Source: Simkaniaceae bacterium (GTDB taxonomy: Bacteria > Chlamydiota > Chlamydiia > Chlamydiales > Simkaniaceae). From it: a stretch of DNA of 64,000 nucleotides. The position numbers were made by a program, and so were the translations under genes. The stretch spans positions 1,843 through 65,842 of the forward strand of contig JBFWSA010000005.1 of assembly GCA_050248615.1 (NCBI GenBank), given 5' to 3'. Below are positions 23,296-32,197 of the stretch, piece by piece. Each line of letters begins with the position of its first letter. The first letter of the stretch is position 1. Under the pieces are notes generated by a model. It had not been told where the DNA came from, did no database searches, and was given only the letters and a program-made list of their open reading frames with translations.

Positions 23296-24150
23296 ATGAA
23301 AAAGCAAGATTTTATTCTGAACCTTTCTTGTCCTGATCGTGTGGGGATTGTTGCCGGTGTTACCAGTGCCTTGGCAGAGATGGGGCTCTTTCTTTTAGAG
23401 CTTTCTCAATATAGCGATCCTTCGACAGGACAATTTTTTATGCGCATCCATTTTGAAACAACAAAAGCAATCTCTGAAGAGGATATCATAAAAAATTTCG
23501 AAAAAGTCGCTACACCCTTTTCAATCACATGGGAACTCCATGACACCCTCTACCGTCCCCGTGTTCTCATCATGGTTTCGCAGCACAGTCACTGTTTTAA
23601 CGATCTTTTACACCGTTGGGCTTCTGGCACCCTCCCCATCGAAATCGTAGGGGTCGTTTCGAATCATGAGGATCTCAAGCATATGGCCACTTGGTATCAA
23701 GTTCCCTTCCACCATATGCCCATTACACCCCAGAATAAGGGAGAACAAGAGGCTAAACTACTCAAACTTATCGAAGAAGAAGCCATCGATCTCGTCATTT
23801 TAGCCCGTTATATGCAGATCCTTTCAGACAAAATATGCAATAGACTCCATGGAAAAGTGATCAATATCCACCACTCCTTTCTCCCTAGCTTTAAAGGAGC
23901 TAAGCCTTACCACCAAGCCTTTGAGCGGGGGGTGAAAATCATTGGGGCCACTGCCCACTACGTTACAGCCGATCTAGATGAAGGGCCTATCATCGATCAA
24001 GAGACTATCCGTGTTCGTCATGATCACACCCCCAAACAACTCGTTCAACTCGGTTGCGACGTTGAATGTCAAGTCCTTGCTAGAGCTGTCAAGTGGCACA
24101 TTGAGCAGCGCGTGATTATCAATCAACATAAAACTGTTGTCTTCAACTAA
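23296..24150 (+). CDS. purU: formyltetrahydrofolate deformylase
   Basis: 284 aa. N-terminal ACT domain (LSCPDRVGIVAGV) plus formyltransferase core (INIHHSFLPSFKGAKPYHQA, GATAHYVT). Confidence 0.9.
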   Translation: MKKQDFILNLSCPDRVGIVAGVTSALAEMGLFLLELSQYSDPSTGQFFMRIHFETTKAISEEDIIKNFEKVATPFSITWELHDTLYRPRVLIMVSQHSHCFNDLLHRWASGTLPIEIVGVVSNHEDLKHMATWYQVPFHHMPITPQNKGEQEAKLLKLIEEEAIDLVILARYMQILSDKICNRLHGKVINIHHSFLPSFKGAKPYHQAFERGVKIIGATAHYVTADLDEGPIIDQETIRVRHDHTPKQLVQLGCDVECQVLARAVKWHIEQRVIINQHKTVVFN

Positions 24151-24192
24151 CCTTCCTATTATGGATTAAATTATGAAAGCTTTCGCGTTGCC

Positions 24193-24356
24193 TATACTCA
24201 AACAACTTCAAAAGTTGGTTTTGGGCTAGCGCGAAAGCTTTCGGAATTCGTCGATCTTAAATGACCTAATATTAGAAATATGAGGTCATTTAAGATCGGC
24301 AAATTACGGTGCTTTGGCACAGCCGAAAATCCAACTTTTGAAGTTGTTTGAGTATA
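24193..24356. mobile_element. foldback MITE-like element, family FB-A (164 bp)
   Basis: TATACTCAAACAACTTCAAAAGTTGG...CCAACTTTTGAAGTTGTTTGAGTATA. Its arms pair over nearly the full length. It is flanked on both sides by fragments of an older FB-A copy. Confidence 0.9.
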
Positions 24357-24409
24357 AAACCAACTTTTGAAGTTTTTGAATCGTAAATCCTTTAACTCGA
24401 GATAGGTTC

Positions 24410-24895
24410 ATGGAAGGGAAAACACCTGCAGTCACTGCAATTCATGATCATACTTACCGGATCTTTCCCAATGACCTGAACGCGCAAGGGACGGTCTTTG
24501 GAGGGCTCATCATGGCAGAAGCCGATCGCTTAGCCCATATCGTGGCGGAAAGACATAGCAGCCGGATCTGCGTGACGGCTTCGGTCGACTCTATTGTCTT
24601 TCATGCCCCAGCAGGGCATGGAGATAATTTAATTTTCCAAACCTCCATCAACCGTTCTTGGCATAGCTCGATGGAAGTCGGGGTAAAAGTCACCGCTGAA
24701 GAACGCCTGACATTAGAGCGCAAGCATATTGCCTCAGCCTATCTCACCTTTGTTGCTTTAAATGATCATGGCAAGCCTGTCTCCGTACCACCTGTCCTTC
24801 CTGAATCTGAAGAGGAAAAGCGTCGCTTCAATGAAGCAGATTTGCGCAGAAAAAACCGGATTTCTCTTAAAAAACAAAAATTAGAACTTAGCTAG
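24410..24895 (+). CDS. acyl-CoA thioesterase (hotdog fold, YciA-like)
   Basis: 161 aa. PNDLNAQGTVFGGLIMAEADRLA motif. The stop TAG is formed with the first bases of the next element. Confidence 0.8.
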   Translation: MEGKTPAVTAIHDHTYRIFPNDLNAQGTVFGGLIMAEADRLAHIVAERHSSRICVTASVDSIVFHAPAGHGDNLIFQTSINRSWHSSMEVGVKVTAEERLTLERKHIASAYLTFVALNDHGKPVSVPPVLPESEEEKRRFNEADLRRKNRISLKKQKLELS

Positions 24896-25055
24896 ATAGT
24901 GTCGTCATGAGATGGACATTTAAGAAGTGGCTCCTATGAGGAAATTTCAAGGCGACCGATGGAGAAAGCCTAAATGGGGCTTTTGAAGCAGGTCAACGAT
25001 GAAATTTTCCATAGGAGCCACTTCTTAAATGTCCATCTCATGACGACACTATCTA
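24893..25055. mobile_element. foldback MITE-like element, family FB-C (163 bp including terminal TA)
   Basis: TAGATAGTGTCGTCATGAGATGGACATTTAAGAAGTGGCTCCTATG... has its perfect ~45-nt inverse at the other end. Single copy in this window. Confidence 0.65.
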
Positions 25056-25064
25056 AGACCCCTT

Positions 25065-25228
25065 GAACCTATCCAGTATTTAAGATATTTTTTTATTCCA
25101 CGCTTTTTGGCATCTTTTCCATTTTCATTTTGACCTCTTGTCTCATGGACAATGTGATCAAAATGAAAATGGAAAGTCTGTTCAAAAATCGAAGAAATCA
25201 AATAAATCCTTAAATACTGGATAGGTTC
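25065..25228. mobile_element. foldback MITE-like element, family FB-E (164 bp)
   Basis: GAACCTATCCAGTATTTAAG...CTTAAATACTGGATAGGTTC. An internal CCATTTTCATTTTGA block is also inverted. Single copy in this window. Confidence 0.65.
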
Positions 25229-26577
25229 TTGATAAAAGGCCAACTTTTAGAAAACAGCATCATATCAAAGTAAACCCCGTTATCCCAAAACTGGTGATTT
25301 GTTATGCTTGTTTTTAGCTGAGCCATGACGCTATTTCCATCATCTTCATGGTCTATATAACTCTCCATAATGGCTTGCCCTACTTGGATTAAATGGGCAA
25401 GAGTCTCTCCATGCAAGCTCGTAAAGCCAGCATTTTCTAACCCTTGCAAAGCGACAAGATAAGCACCTACCGTAGCAAATTGATTCCGATCTCCAAAAAT
25501 GCTCACTCCATTGTTACCAAACCAGCTTGGATTAGGATCATAATGGATGGTAATTGTCCCTGCATTAAAGGCAGCTTCCATAACAGCGTTTAATAAATCT
25601 CCTGCATCTTTATAAAAGGAAGACCCTTTGTGATCTGAATTAGAAAGGAAGTTTCCAAGATACAAGATCGATCGAACAAGGGAAGCATTGTTATCGGGAG
25701 TTCCTTGATTTGTAGCTAAATCCTGAGCAGCATTCAGTTCATGCGCAATATAGCTCAGGGTTGCTTTTTGAATTTTTTCCCCTTCAAGGGTTTTCCCCTT
25801 CTGATTGCAATAGTCAATAATGGTTTGAACTGCATCAAAATCAACATAATCGTAAAAAACCCCCATCGGATTGTTCCAAACGGTGTCATTAGCCCCCCAG
25901 TGATTGCCTGGAGTCCATTCTCCACTTGCGGTGATATCTCCATTCACAAGTCCTTCAATCCCCTTATCGATAAGAGGTGTTAAAAAATCTGCTAGCGTTT
26001 CAAAAACAGAAGCTCCTTGGATCAGAGCACCTAGTGCCATAATATCTGCGTCCAATGCAGACCCTTTATCAACAATGGAAACTTGACATCCCGATGTTAC
26101 ATTATAGGCCCAAGGAATAAGTCCATCATCAAGCCCTTGGTTAGCAAGAAAAGCATATCCATTTGCTAAACCCGTAAAAAGTTCTTGATTTAGCGAACTT
26201 ATACTCAAACAACTTCAAAAGTTGGTTTTGGGCTAGCGCGAAAGCTTTCGAAATTCGTCGATCTTAAACGACCTAATATTAGAAATATGAGGTCATTTAA
26301 GATCGGCAAATTACGGTGCTTTGGCGCAGCCGAAAATCCAACTTTTGAAGTTGTTTGAGTATACAGCATAACTGAGCATCATCCCCATCGCTTCAGACGT
26401 ACAGTTACTTTGACCATTTCCCCCAACCGGAAATATTCCGCTTGTCGTACTTTGACAAAGAGTCGTTTGATTCACAACGATTTCCTCAGCAAAAGGAAAG
26501 GGATGATAGTCATAAGAAAACAGAAGTGCTTGAGTACATAGAAAAAGATAAAAAGATAATTTTTTGTTTCGTAACAT
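25210..26577 (-). pseudogene. glycoside hydrolase family 8-like (endoglucanase/chitosanase type) gene interrupted by FB-A
   Basis: ORFs 26311..26577 (signal peptide ... TSEAMGMMLSYAV, cf. the GH8 SEGQGYGM Glu motif) and 25210..26208 (ALDADIMALGALI, cf. the GH8 Asp signature) share one frame. They are separated by the 164-bp element. The last 5 codons and the stop come from FB-E. Confidence 0.65.
26200..26363. mobile_element. foldback MITE-like element, family FB-A (164 bp) inside the GH8 gene
   Basis: Near-identical to 24193..24356 in the same orientation. TATA at both ends; net insertion 162 bp if TA is the duplicated target. Confidence 0.9.
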
Positions 26578-26698
26578 GAATAAAGCCTAAGTTTGAATCG
26601 AATACATGAGGAAAGCATTTGGATAAAAAGAATTGTTGTCAACACTATCAGAAGTTTTGGGGTTCTCAATAACCCTTCAATTTTCTATAATCCTAATC

Positions 26699-26962
26699 AT
26701 GTTAGAAATTGCCCAAATTAAAAATGCTATTTTAGAAATCGTGAGAGATGCGGATGTGAAAATTACCAATCCTCCGCGTGACGGATTGCACTTTGAAGCT
26801 ATCGTGATCTCTTCTCTATTTGAAGGAAAGAGTTTAGTCGAGCAACACCAACTGGTGATGAATGCTCTAAAAGACTTATTTAGTACCACCCTCCATGCTC
26901 TGAGTCTAAAAACCTATACCCCCAAGGAATGGAATCGTGAGAGACATTCAACAAGAAATTAA
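26699..26962 (+). CDS. bolA: BolA family protein
   Basis: HFEAIVISSLFEGKSLVEQHQLVMNAL and LHALSLKTYTPKEW motifs. The start is taken at MLEIAQIK; the ORF is open from 26633. Confidence 0.8.
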   Translation: MLEIAQIKNAILEIVRDADVKITNPPRDGLHFEAIVISSLFEGKSLVEQHQLVMNALKDLFSTTLHALSLKTYTPKEWNRERHSTRN

Positions 26963-27245
26963 AAATGCTATTGCATCCTACCCTGTCATTTTATTCATGA
27001 AGGGTTCTAAGCAAATGCCCCTATGTGGTTTTTCTGCCCGCGTTGTCGACGTTTTATGTCGCTTTGCGATCGATTTTGAAACGCGCGATGTTTTGAAAGA
27101 TGACCTTTTACGACAAGGCATCAAAGACTATTCGAACTGGCCCACACTTCCTCAGCTTTACATTCAAGGAAAGTTTATTGGAGGGTGCGATATTGTGATG
27201 GAGCTCTATGCCAATGGCAAGCTCCAAGAACTTTTAGGAGGCTAA
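26937..27245 (+). CDS. grxD: monothiol glutaredoxin (Grx4/GrxD type)
   Basis: 102 aa. CGFS active site, WPTLPQLYIQGKFIGGCDI. Classic BolA-Grx pairing. Confidence 0.9.
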   Translation: MRDIQQEIKNAIASYPVILFMKGSKQMPLCGFSARVVDVLCRFAIDFETRDVLKDDLLRQGIKDYSNWPTLPQLYIQGKFIGGCDIVMELYANGKLQELLGG

Positions 27246-27346
27246 CATGGGAAAGTCTATTGAAGGGTATGCCCCCATCGCCCCTCAACCTCAGCGCAAT
27301 GCCCTTAAACGAACCGATTGTTGTTCTTTGAGAATGATGCTTCAGT

Positions 27347-28582
27347 TTGGAACCTATATTCTTAATCAAGGACTCCCCTTTCAAAACGTTAAATCGACTG
27401 TCTGTTCTTCTTGTAGAAAGTGGGAAATTAAAACCTATGGCAACCGCCGACTCAATCATTTGTTCATGGGGGAGCAACCCTAAGCTTATGGATGATCCGA
27501 CGAGTGAACTTTCAGATCTTTTTCTTCACCGAGGATGGGTGATCCCTGTTGTGATCATCTTAAGTCTAACTCTTGTTGTGCACTTTTTGATCAGTCGGTT
27601 TTACAATCGCGTCTATTCTCGATTAGAAAAAACCCATTTAACTTGGGACTCGGCTCTACTCAAAGCCTTGATTCGTCCTTTAAAAGTGATGGTCTGGATT
27701 TTTGGCCTAACTTTTTCGATTCAACTGCTTGCTTTTCACTTTGAAAAAGATAGTTTAATCGAACTCTTTCGCCCTTTTCGTAACTTCTCGTTTGTGGTAG
27801 TCATCCTCTGGTTTTCCCTCCGATTTATCAAAAATATGGAGGTCGATTGTATACGAGAGCAAAGAGAACAGAAGAAAAAGTATGATAAAACAACGGTTCG
27901 CGCCATCTGCCAAATTTCACGCATTGTGGTGGTTTTAATCGCCACTCTCGTCTACTTACAAACCCGCAATGTCAATATCTCTGCTGTCCTTGCTTTTGGG
28001 GGAGCTGGAGGTTTGATTGTGGGTTTAGCCGCAAAAGATCTCCTCGCCAATTTCTTTGGAGGGCTGATGATCTACCTCGATCGCCCCTTTTCTGTGGGTG
28101 ATTGGATCCGCTCCCCCGATCGTGAGATCGAAGGGTATGTCGAAAATATTGGGTGGAGACTCACCCGCATCCGTACCTTTTCTAAGCGCCCTATCTATGT
28201 TCCGAATGGGATATTTTCCAATATTTCTGTAGAAAACCCCTCCCGTATGTCTAATCGACAGATCAAAACTCATGTGGGGATCCGCTACGCAGATGCTTCT
28301 AAGATGGGATTGATTCAACGGGAAGTCGAAGAGATGATTCGCAGCGACCCTGAAATCGATACCGATAAATTTTTAATGGTCCGCTTTGATGAGTTTGGTC
28401 CCTCTTCTCTCAATTTCTTGATCTACTGCTTCACAAAAACGACCAAGTGGGCAGACTACATGCTCGTGCAACAAAATATCTACCTAAAAACTATTGAGAT
28501 TATCGAAAAACATGGCGCAGAGTGCGCTTTCCCCACCACCACACTCCACATTCCCGATGGGATCTCCCTCAAGCAACAATGA
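27347..28582 (+). CDS. mechanosensitive ion channel (MscS family)
   Basis: 411 aa. TM helices followed by LANFFGGLMIYLDRPFSVGDWI and the beta-domain. The true start is uncertain; later Met codons are possible. Confidence 0.85.
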   Translation: MEPIFLIKDSPFKTLNRLSVLLVESGKLKPMATADSIICSWGSNPKLMDDPTSELSDLFLHRGWVIPVVIILSLTLVVHFLISRFYNRVYSRLEKTHLTWDSALLKALIRPLKVMVWIFGLTFSIQLLAFHFEKDSLIELFRPFRNFSFVVVILWFSLRFIKNMEVDCIREQREQKKKYDKTTVRAICQISRIVVVLIATLVYLQTRNVNISAVLAFGGAGGLIVGLAAKDLLANFFGGLMIYLDRPFSVGDWIRSPDREIEGYVENIGWRLTRIRTFSKRPIYVPNGIFSNISVENPSRMSNRQIKTHVGIRYADASKMGLIQREVEEMIRSDPEIDTDKFLMVRFDEFGPSSLNFLIYCFTKTTKWADYMLVQQNIYLKTIEIIEKHGAECAFPTTTLHIPDGISLKQQ

Positions 28583-29253
28583 ATGAAGTCTACTTTATTT
28601 TTCACATTGTTTTGCTTGTTAGCTTCATCTTCTTAGCTCTTAGGCTTGGGAAGGAGGCTCTCATGAGCTGCTTTGCTATCCAAGTCATATTAGCTAATCT
28701 GTTTGTGATTAAGCAGATGGTATGCTTCGGTCTTCATGTCACATGTGCAGATGTCTATAGCATTGGAGCCCTTTTCTCCCTGAACTTACTTCAGGAATAT
28801 TATGGAAAAAGATGCGCCAAAAAAACGATTTGGACGGTCTTTTTTCTCCTTTTTTTCTTCATTATTATGTCCCAAATGCACCTACTGTATCGCCCCTCTG
28901 AGTTCGACATAATGCATCGGGCTTATGTGGCAATTTTAGGATACGCCCCACGCATTATGCTCTCCTCCTTTTTTGTCGCCCTTTTCACCCAAAAACTCGA
29001 TGTGGAACTCTTTGGATTTCTCAAAAAAAAGCTCTTAGGAAAAGGGTTACTCTTCCGTTTTGGAGGAGTTTCAATCCTCACACAACTACTCGATACGGTT
29101 CTTTTTAGCTTCCTTGCGCTCTATGGGATTGTACATAGCCTGGGAGATATCATCGTGATGAGCTACCTCATCAAAGTGATTGTGATCCTCTGCATCGCCC
29201 CTTTTACAACTTTAGCCAAACGTTTGGTTCGCCATGACCCCCTTCAAATTTGA
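28579..29253 (+). CDS. yhhQ: queuosine-precursor transporter (YhhQ/VUT family)
   Basis: Polytopic membrane protein with an SILTQLLDTVLFSFLA motif. The start MNEVYF at 28579 forms an ATGA overlap with the mscS stop. Confidence 0.75.
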   Translation: MNEVYFIFHIVLLVSFIFLALRLGKEALMSCFAIQVILANLFVIKQMVCFGLHVTCADVYSIGALFSLNLLQEYYGKRCAKKTIWTVFFLLFFFIIMSQMHLLYRPSEFDIMHRAYVAILGYAPRIMLSSFFVALFTQKLDVELFGFLKKKLLGKGLLFRFGGVSILTQLLDTVLFSFLALYGIVHSLGDIIVMSYLIKVIVILCIAPFTTLAKRLVRHDPLQI

Positions 29254-30364
29254 ACTCCTTCACACCTCAACCCAATCCCGTGCACGAGTGGGACGCATCC
29301 ATACCCCGCACGGAGTGATTGACACGCCCAATTTTGTTGCTGTAGGAACAAACGGAACCCTTAAAGCCCTCGATAATGCAATGGTGTCAAACATTGGTCT
29401 CCAGCTCATGTTCTGCAACACCTATCATTTGCTCTTGCAACCAGGCCCTGAGGTGATTGAAAAAGCAGGGGGAATCCATCGTTTTATCAACCGCAACCTG
29501 CCGATTATTACAGACTCTGGAGGCTTCCAGGTCTTTAGTCTAGCTTATGGATCTGTTGCCGATGAACTCAAAAGTAAAGGGACGAAAAAACATGGGGGAT
29601 CCGTGATGAAAATCACGGATGAGGGGGTCCTTTTCCGCTCTTACCGCGATGGACGCTCGATCCTTTTAACTCCTGAATCTTCCATCGCCACACAAAAATC
29701 ATTCGGTGCAGACATCATCATTCCTTTTGATGAACTTCCTCCCTACCACATCGATCCTCAAGCTTTGCAGCTCTCACTAGATCGTACCCATCGTTGGGAA
29801 AAACGCTCTTTAGAAGCCCATCTCAAACATCCTAATGGACAGGCTATGTATGGTGTCATTCATGGAGGGATCGATGATGCTCTCAGGGAAAAAAGTTGCG
29901 CCTTCTTAAGTCAACTTCCCTTTGATGGATTTGCGATTGGTGGAAGCATGGGAAAAACAAAAGGGGAAATGGTTTCGATGCTCACCTCCCTGCTCCCCAA
30001 GCTCCCTCCAGAAGCCCCCAACCATCTACTCGGGATTGCCGATTTAACATCTCTTGCAGCCTGTGTCCCCTTAGGAATCGATACTTTTGATAGCTCGTAT
30101 CCGACCAAGGCTGCCCGTCATGGAACTCTACTCACCCCTTCTGGAGGAATGAAAATCTCCAGAGGAAAACATCGCGATGAATTTATGCCCATCCAGGAAG
30201 CGTGCAGCTGCTTCACTTGCCAAAACTATTCAAGGGCGTATCTCCATCATCTTTTCAAAGCCAAGGAATTGACTGCAATGACCCTTGCATCGATTCATAA
30301 CCTCCATTTTATGGTGGACCTTATGGCATCTTATAGACAAAAAATCTTTTTAAATATTATATAA
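29234..30364 (+). CDS. tgt: tRNA-guanine transglycosylase
   Basis: 376 aa. TDSGGFQVFSL, GFAIGG, zinc site CSCFTCQNYSRAYLHHL. Confidence 0.95.
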   Translation: MTPFKFELLHTSTQSRARVGRIHTPHGVIDTPNFVAVGTNGTLKALDNAMVSNIGLQLMFCNTYHLLLQPGPEVIEKAGGIHRFINRNLPIITDSGGFQVFSLAYGSVADELKSKGTKKHGGSVMKITDEGVLFRSYRDGRSILLTPESSIATQKSFGADIIIPFDELPPYHIDPQALQLSLDRTHRWEKRSLEAHLKHPNGQAMYGVIHGGIDDALREKSCAFLSQLPFDGFAIGGSMGKTKGEMVSMLTSLLPKLPPEAPNHLLGIADLTSLAACVPLGIDTFDSSYPTKAARHGTLLTPSGGMKISRGKHRDEFMPIQEACSCFTCQNYSRAYLHHLFKAKELTAMTLASIHNLHFMVDLMASYRQKIFLNII

Positions 30365-30448
30365 ACATTTAATAAACATAATTTTAATAAATATTATTAA
30401 TTAAATATTATGATACAATAATTAAGCGTCCGACTAAAAAGAGGTCAT

Positions 30449-32140
30449 ATGGTCACACCTGCTTCTGCCCAGCTCCCTCCTGAGCAGACTCCTCTTCACT
30501 CCAAAAAGAGGAGTGATCACCTCTACCCAGAAGAGAGTTCTAATCCTTTTGATCCCCACGCAGACTACCATGATGAGGGGAGGTGGATGACCCGTATTAA
30601 ATATAAAGACTATAACCCCCTTCCAGATGTAAAAGAAAAATTTGATTCTCGCGAAGAGATGGCCGAAGAGATTGTAGCTACGCGAATAGAAAGCCTTCCG
30701 CGGGGAGATTATGGATGTTTTGAAGCGGGGCTCTTTAAGAAACTATGTGGAGCTGCCTACCGATTTTTCTTCGGTGAAACTGCCTATCAGTTAAAGCTAC
30801 TCGGGAAAAGCTCTAGTTTGCGCCATCCCAATTATAGTGTAAAACCCGTAAGGGATTTTGAGGTGCGCATTACCCCCATAAGACAACTCCGTGAGAATTT
30901 AGGAATGACTGACCCCCAAGAGGATTACCGGATATGGTCTAAATCTACTTGGTCAAAAAATGGTCCAAATGGCCTAGTCTATAAAAATGAAGAGGGAGAA
31001 GATGTTCTTGTCCATGATGCCGTCATTTCGAGTAACGATCGTTCTGCAGACAAGATCGGAATGATGCGTGCTGTCGATGATCATATCTATACGAATGAAT
31101 CCATTGCTTATACCGGTCGACCCGATACAAAAGGAAAAGCGATTGAGCAAATTACGTTTATGTTTCAAAGAGAGCTGAACAAAGGAGATGCAGGACAAGG
31201 GATTACTGAAAAAGATGGGGTCTACGAATTCACCTATGTCGTGAATAACTTAATGAGTCCTATTGAATGCATTGGACTTGTCACATTTGATGAACTCGCC
31301 TCTATTGAACGTGAAAGGGATATTCTCCAAGAGCTTAGCCAAGAGACCTTAACGATCAATGGGCATCAAGTCAGGGTAAAACCCCTCTACTTCAATCAGA
31401 TGTTCAATCAAGGAACCTACTACGGAGAACTCGGTGCAGGAAGCTCGCAAGCAACTTTGAATGCTCCCGGTTATGAAACCCTTTTAGAACTAGCTAGAAA
31501 GACAACCCTCTCTGGAGAAGAGCAACCTTTGTTAGAAGCGGCTCTCCGTCATTTAGAAAACCCTTCCGATCTCCTCCCCGAAGAGGAGCTTTTTTACCGC
31601 GATTTACTCTCAAAGCTACTCAGAATCCCCATCGTTATCCACTGCAAAAGCAGCACAGATCGTACCATCATTGCCTTAGCCATTTCTATGACACTTAAAC
31701 AATGGAGAAACACCCATCAAGAGTTTCCCCTTGAGCACCCTCACCTGATCCTCCAGTCGGAGACCTTTAAAGAACTCTTTGCTGCAAACGTCATGAGTGG
31801 ACACCAAGTCACACGTGTTTCTCGCACAGCACAAGGAAAAATCAAAGATCATGCCTTTGAAGAACGCGTTTTAGGATTCCAATGGGAGGGAAATCCCATT
31901 GCTTTACGCCTGATGCCTAACCGCTACAAGAAAACCTCTCAATCCTCTGATCACCCCTGGTTTATTGGGACCCTCAAATCGATCATGAGCCTAGCGAGCA
32001 TTTTTTTCTCTTGGGCTACGGACTATTTCTCAAAAAAACTCGCTTATCTAGAGCGGGCCTATCCCAACGAACAATTTGACACTGAGAGCCCTTATGTCAA
32101 AGACCGCAGTCTTTTTAAACCCTCCGGGATGATTGTTTGA
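30449..32140 (+). CDS. hypothetical protein with a CX5R phosphatase P-loop (phosphoinositide-phosphatase-like, candidate secreted effector)
   Basis: 563 aa. VIHCKSSTDRTI resembles the CKSxKDRT loop of inositol polyphosphate 4-phosphatases and SopB/IpgD. Very AT-rich upstream spacer; no signal peptide. Confidence 0.5.
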   Translation: MVTPASAQLPPEQTPLHSKKRSDHLYPEESSNPFDPHADYHDEGRWMTRIKYKDYNPLPDVKEKFDSREEMAEEIVATRIESLPRGDYGCFEAGLFKKLCGAAYRFFFGETAYQLKLLGKSSSLRHPNYSVKPVRDFEVRITPIRQLRENLGMTDPQEDYRIWSKSTWSKNGPNGLVYKNEEGEDVLVHDAVISSNDRSADKIGMMRAVDDHIYTNESIAYTGRPDTKGKAIEQITFMFQRELNKGDAGQGITEKDGVYEFTYVVNNLMSPIECIGLVTFDELASIERERDILQELSQETLTINGHQVRVKPLYFNQMFNQGTYYGELGAGSSQATLNAPGYETLLELARKTTLSGEEQPLLEAALRHLENPSDLLPEEELFYRDLLSKLLRIPIVIHCKSSTDRTIIALAISMTLKQWRNTHQEFPLEHPHLILQSETFKELFAANVMSGHQVTRVSRTAQGKIKDHAFEERVLGFQWEGNPIALRLMPNRYKKTSQSSDHPWFIGTLKSIMSLASIFFSWATDYFSKKLAYLERAYPNEQFDTESPYVKDRSLFKPSGMIV

Positions 32141-32197
32141 CCTATAGCAACCCCTTCTGTTACCATTTATCTAAAATCGTAAATTCAAAAAAATATT

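Noticed and set aside
25049-25243. ORFs 25049..25243 and 41656..41883 in intergenic regions
   Set aside because: Both are composed almost entirely of foldback-element sequence (FB-E and FB-A respectively), so they are translation artefacts.
9777-26363. In-frame foldback insertions (162 and 165 bp) might be translated as extra peptide segments, like Rickettsia palindromic elements, or removed as inteins or introns
   Set aside because: In the host reading frame each insert has a stop within 12-16 codons. The inserts are far too short for inteins or group I/II introns and show no splice-site motifs.
27247-27483. 78-aa ORF between grxD and mscS
   Set aside because: It has no recognisable family or RBS and overlaps the probable 5' end of mscS in another frame. 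The region more likely holds the mscS promoter/leader, or the true mscS start lies further downstream.
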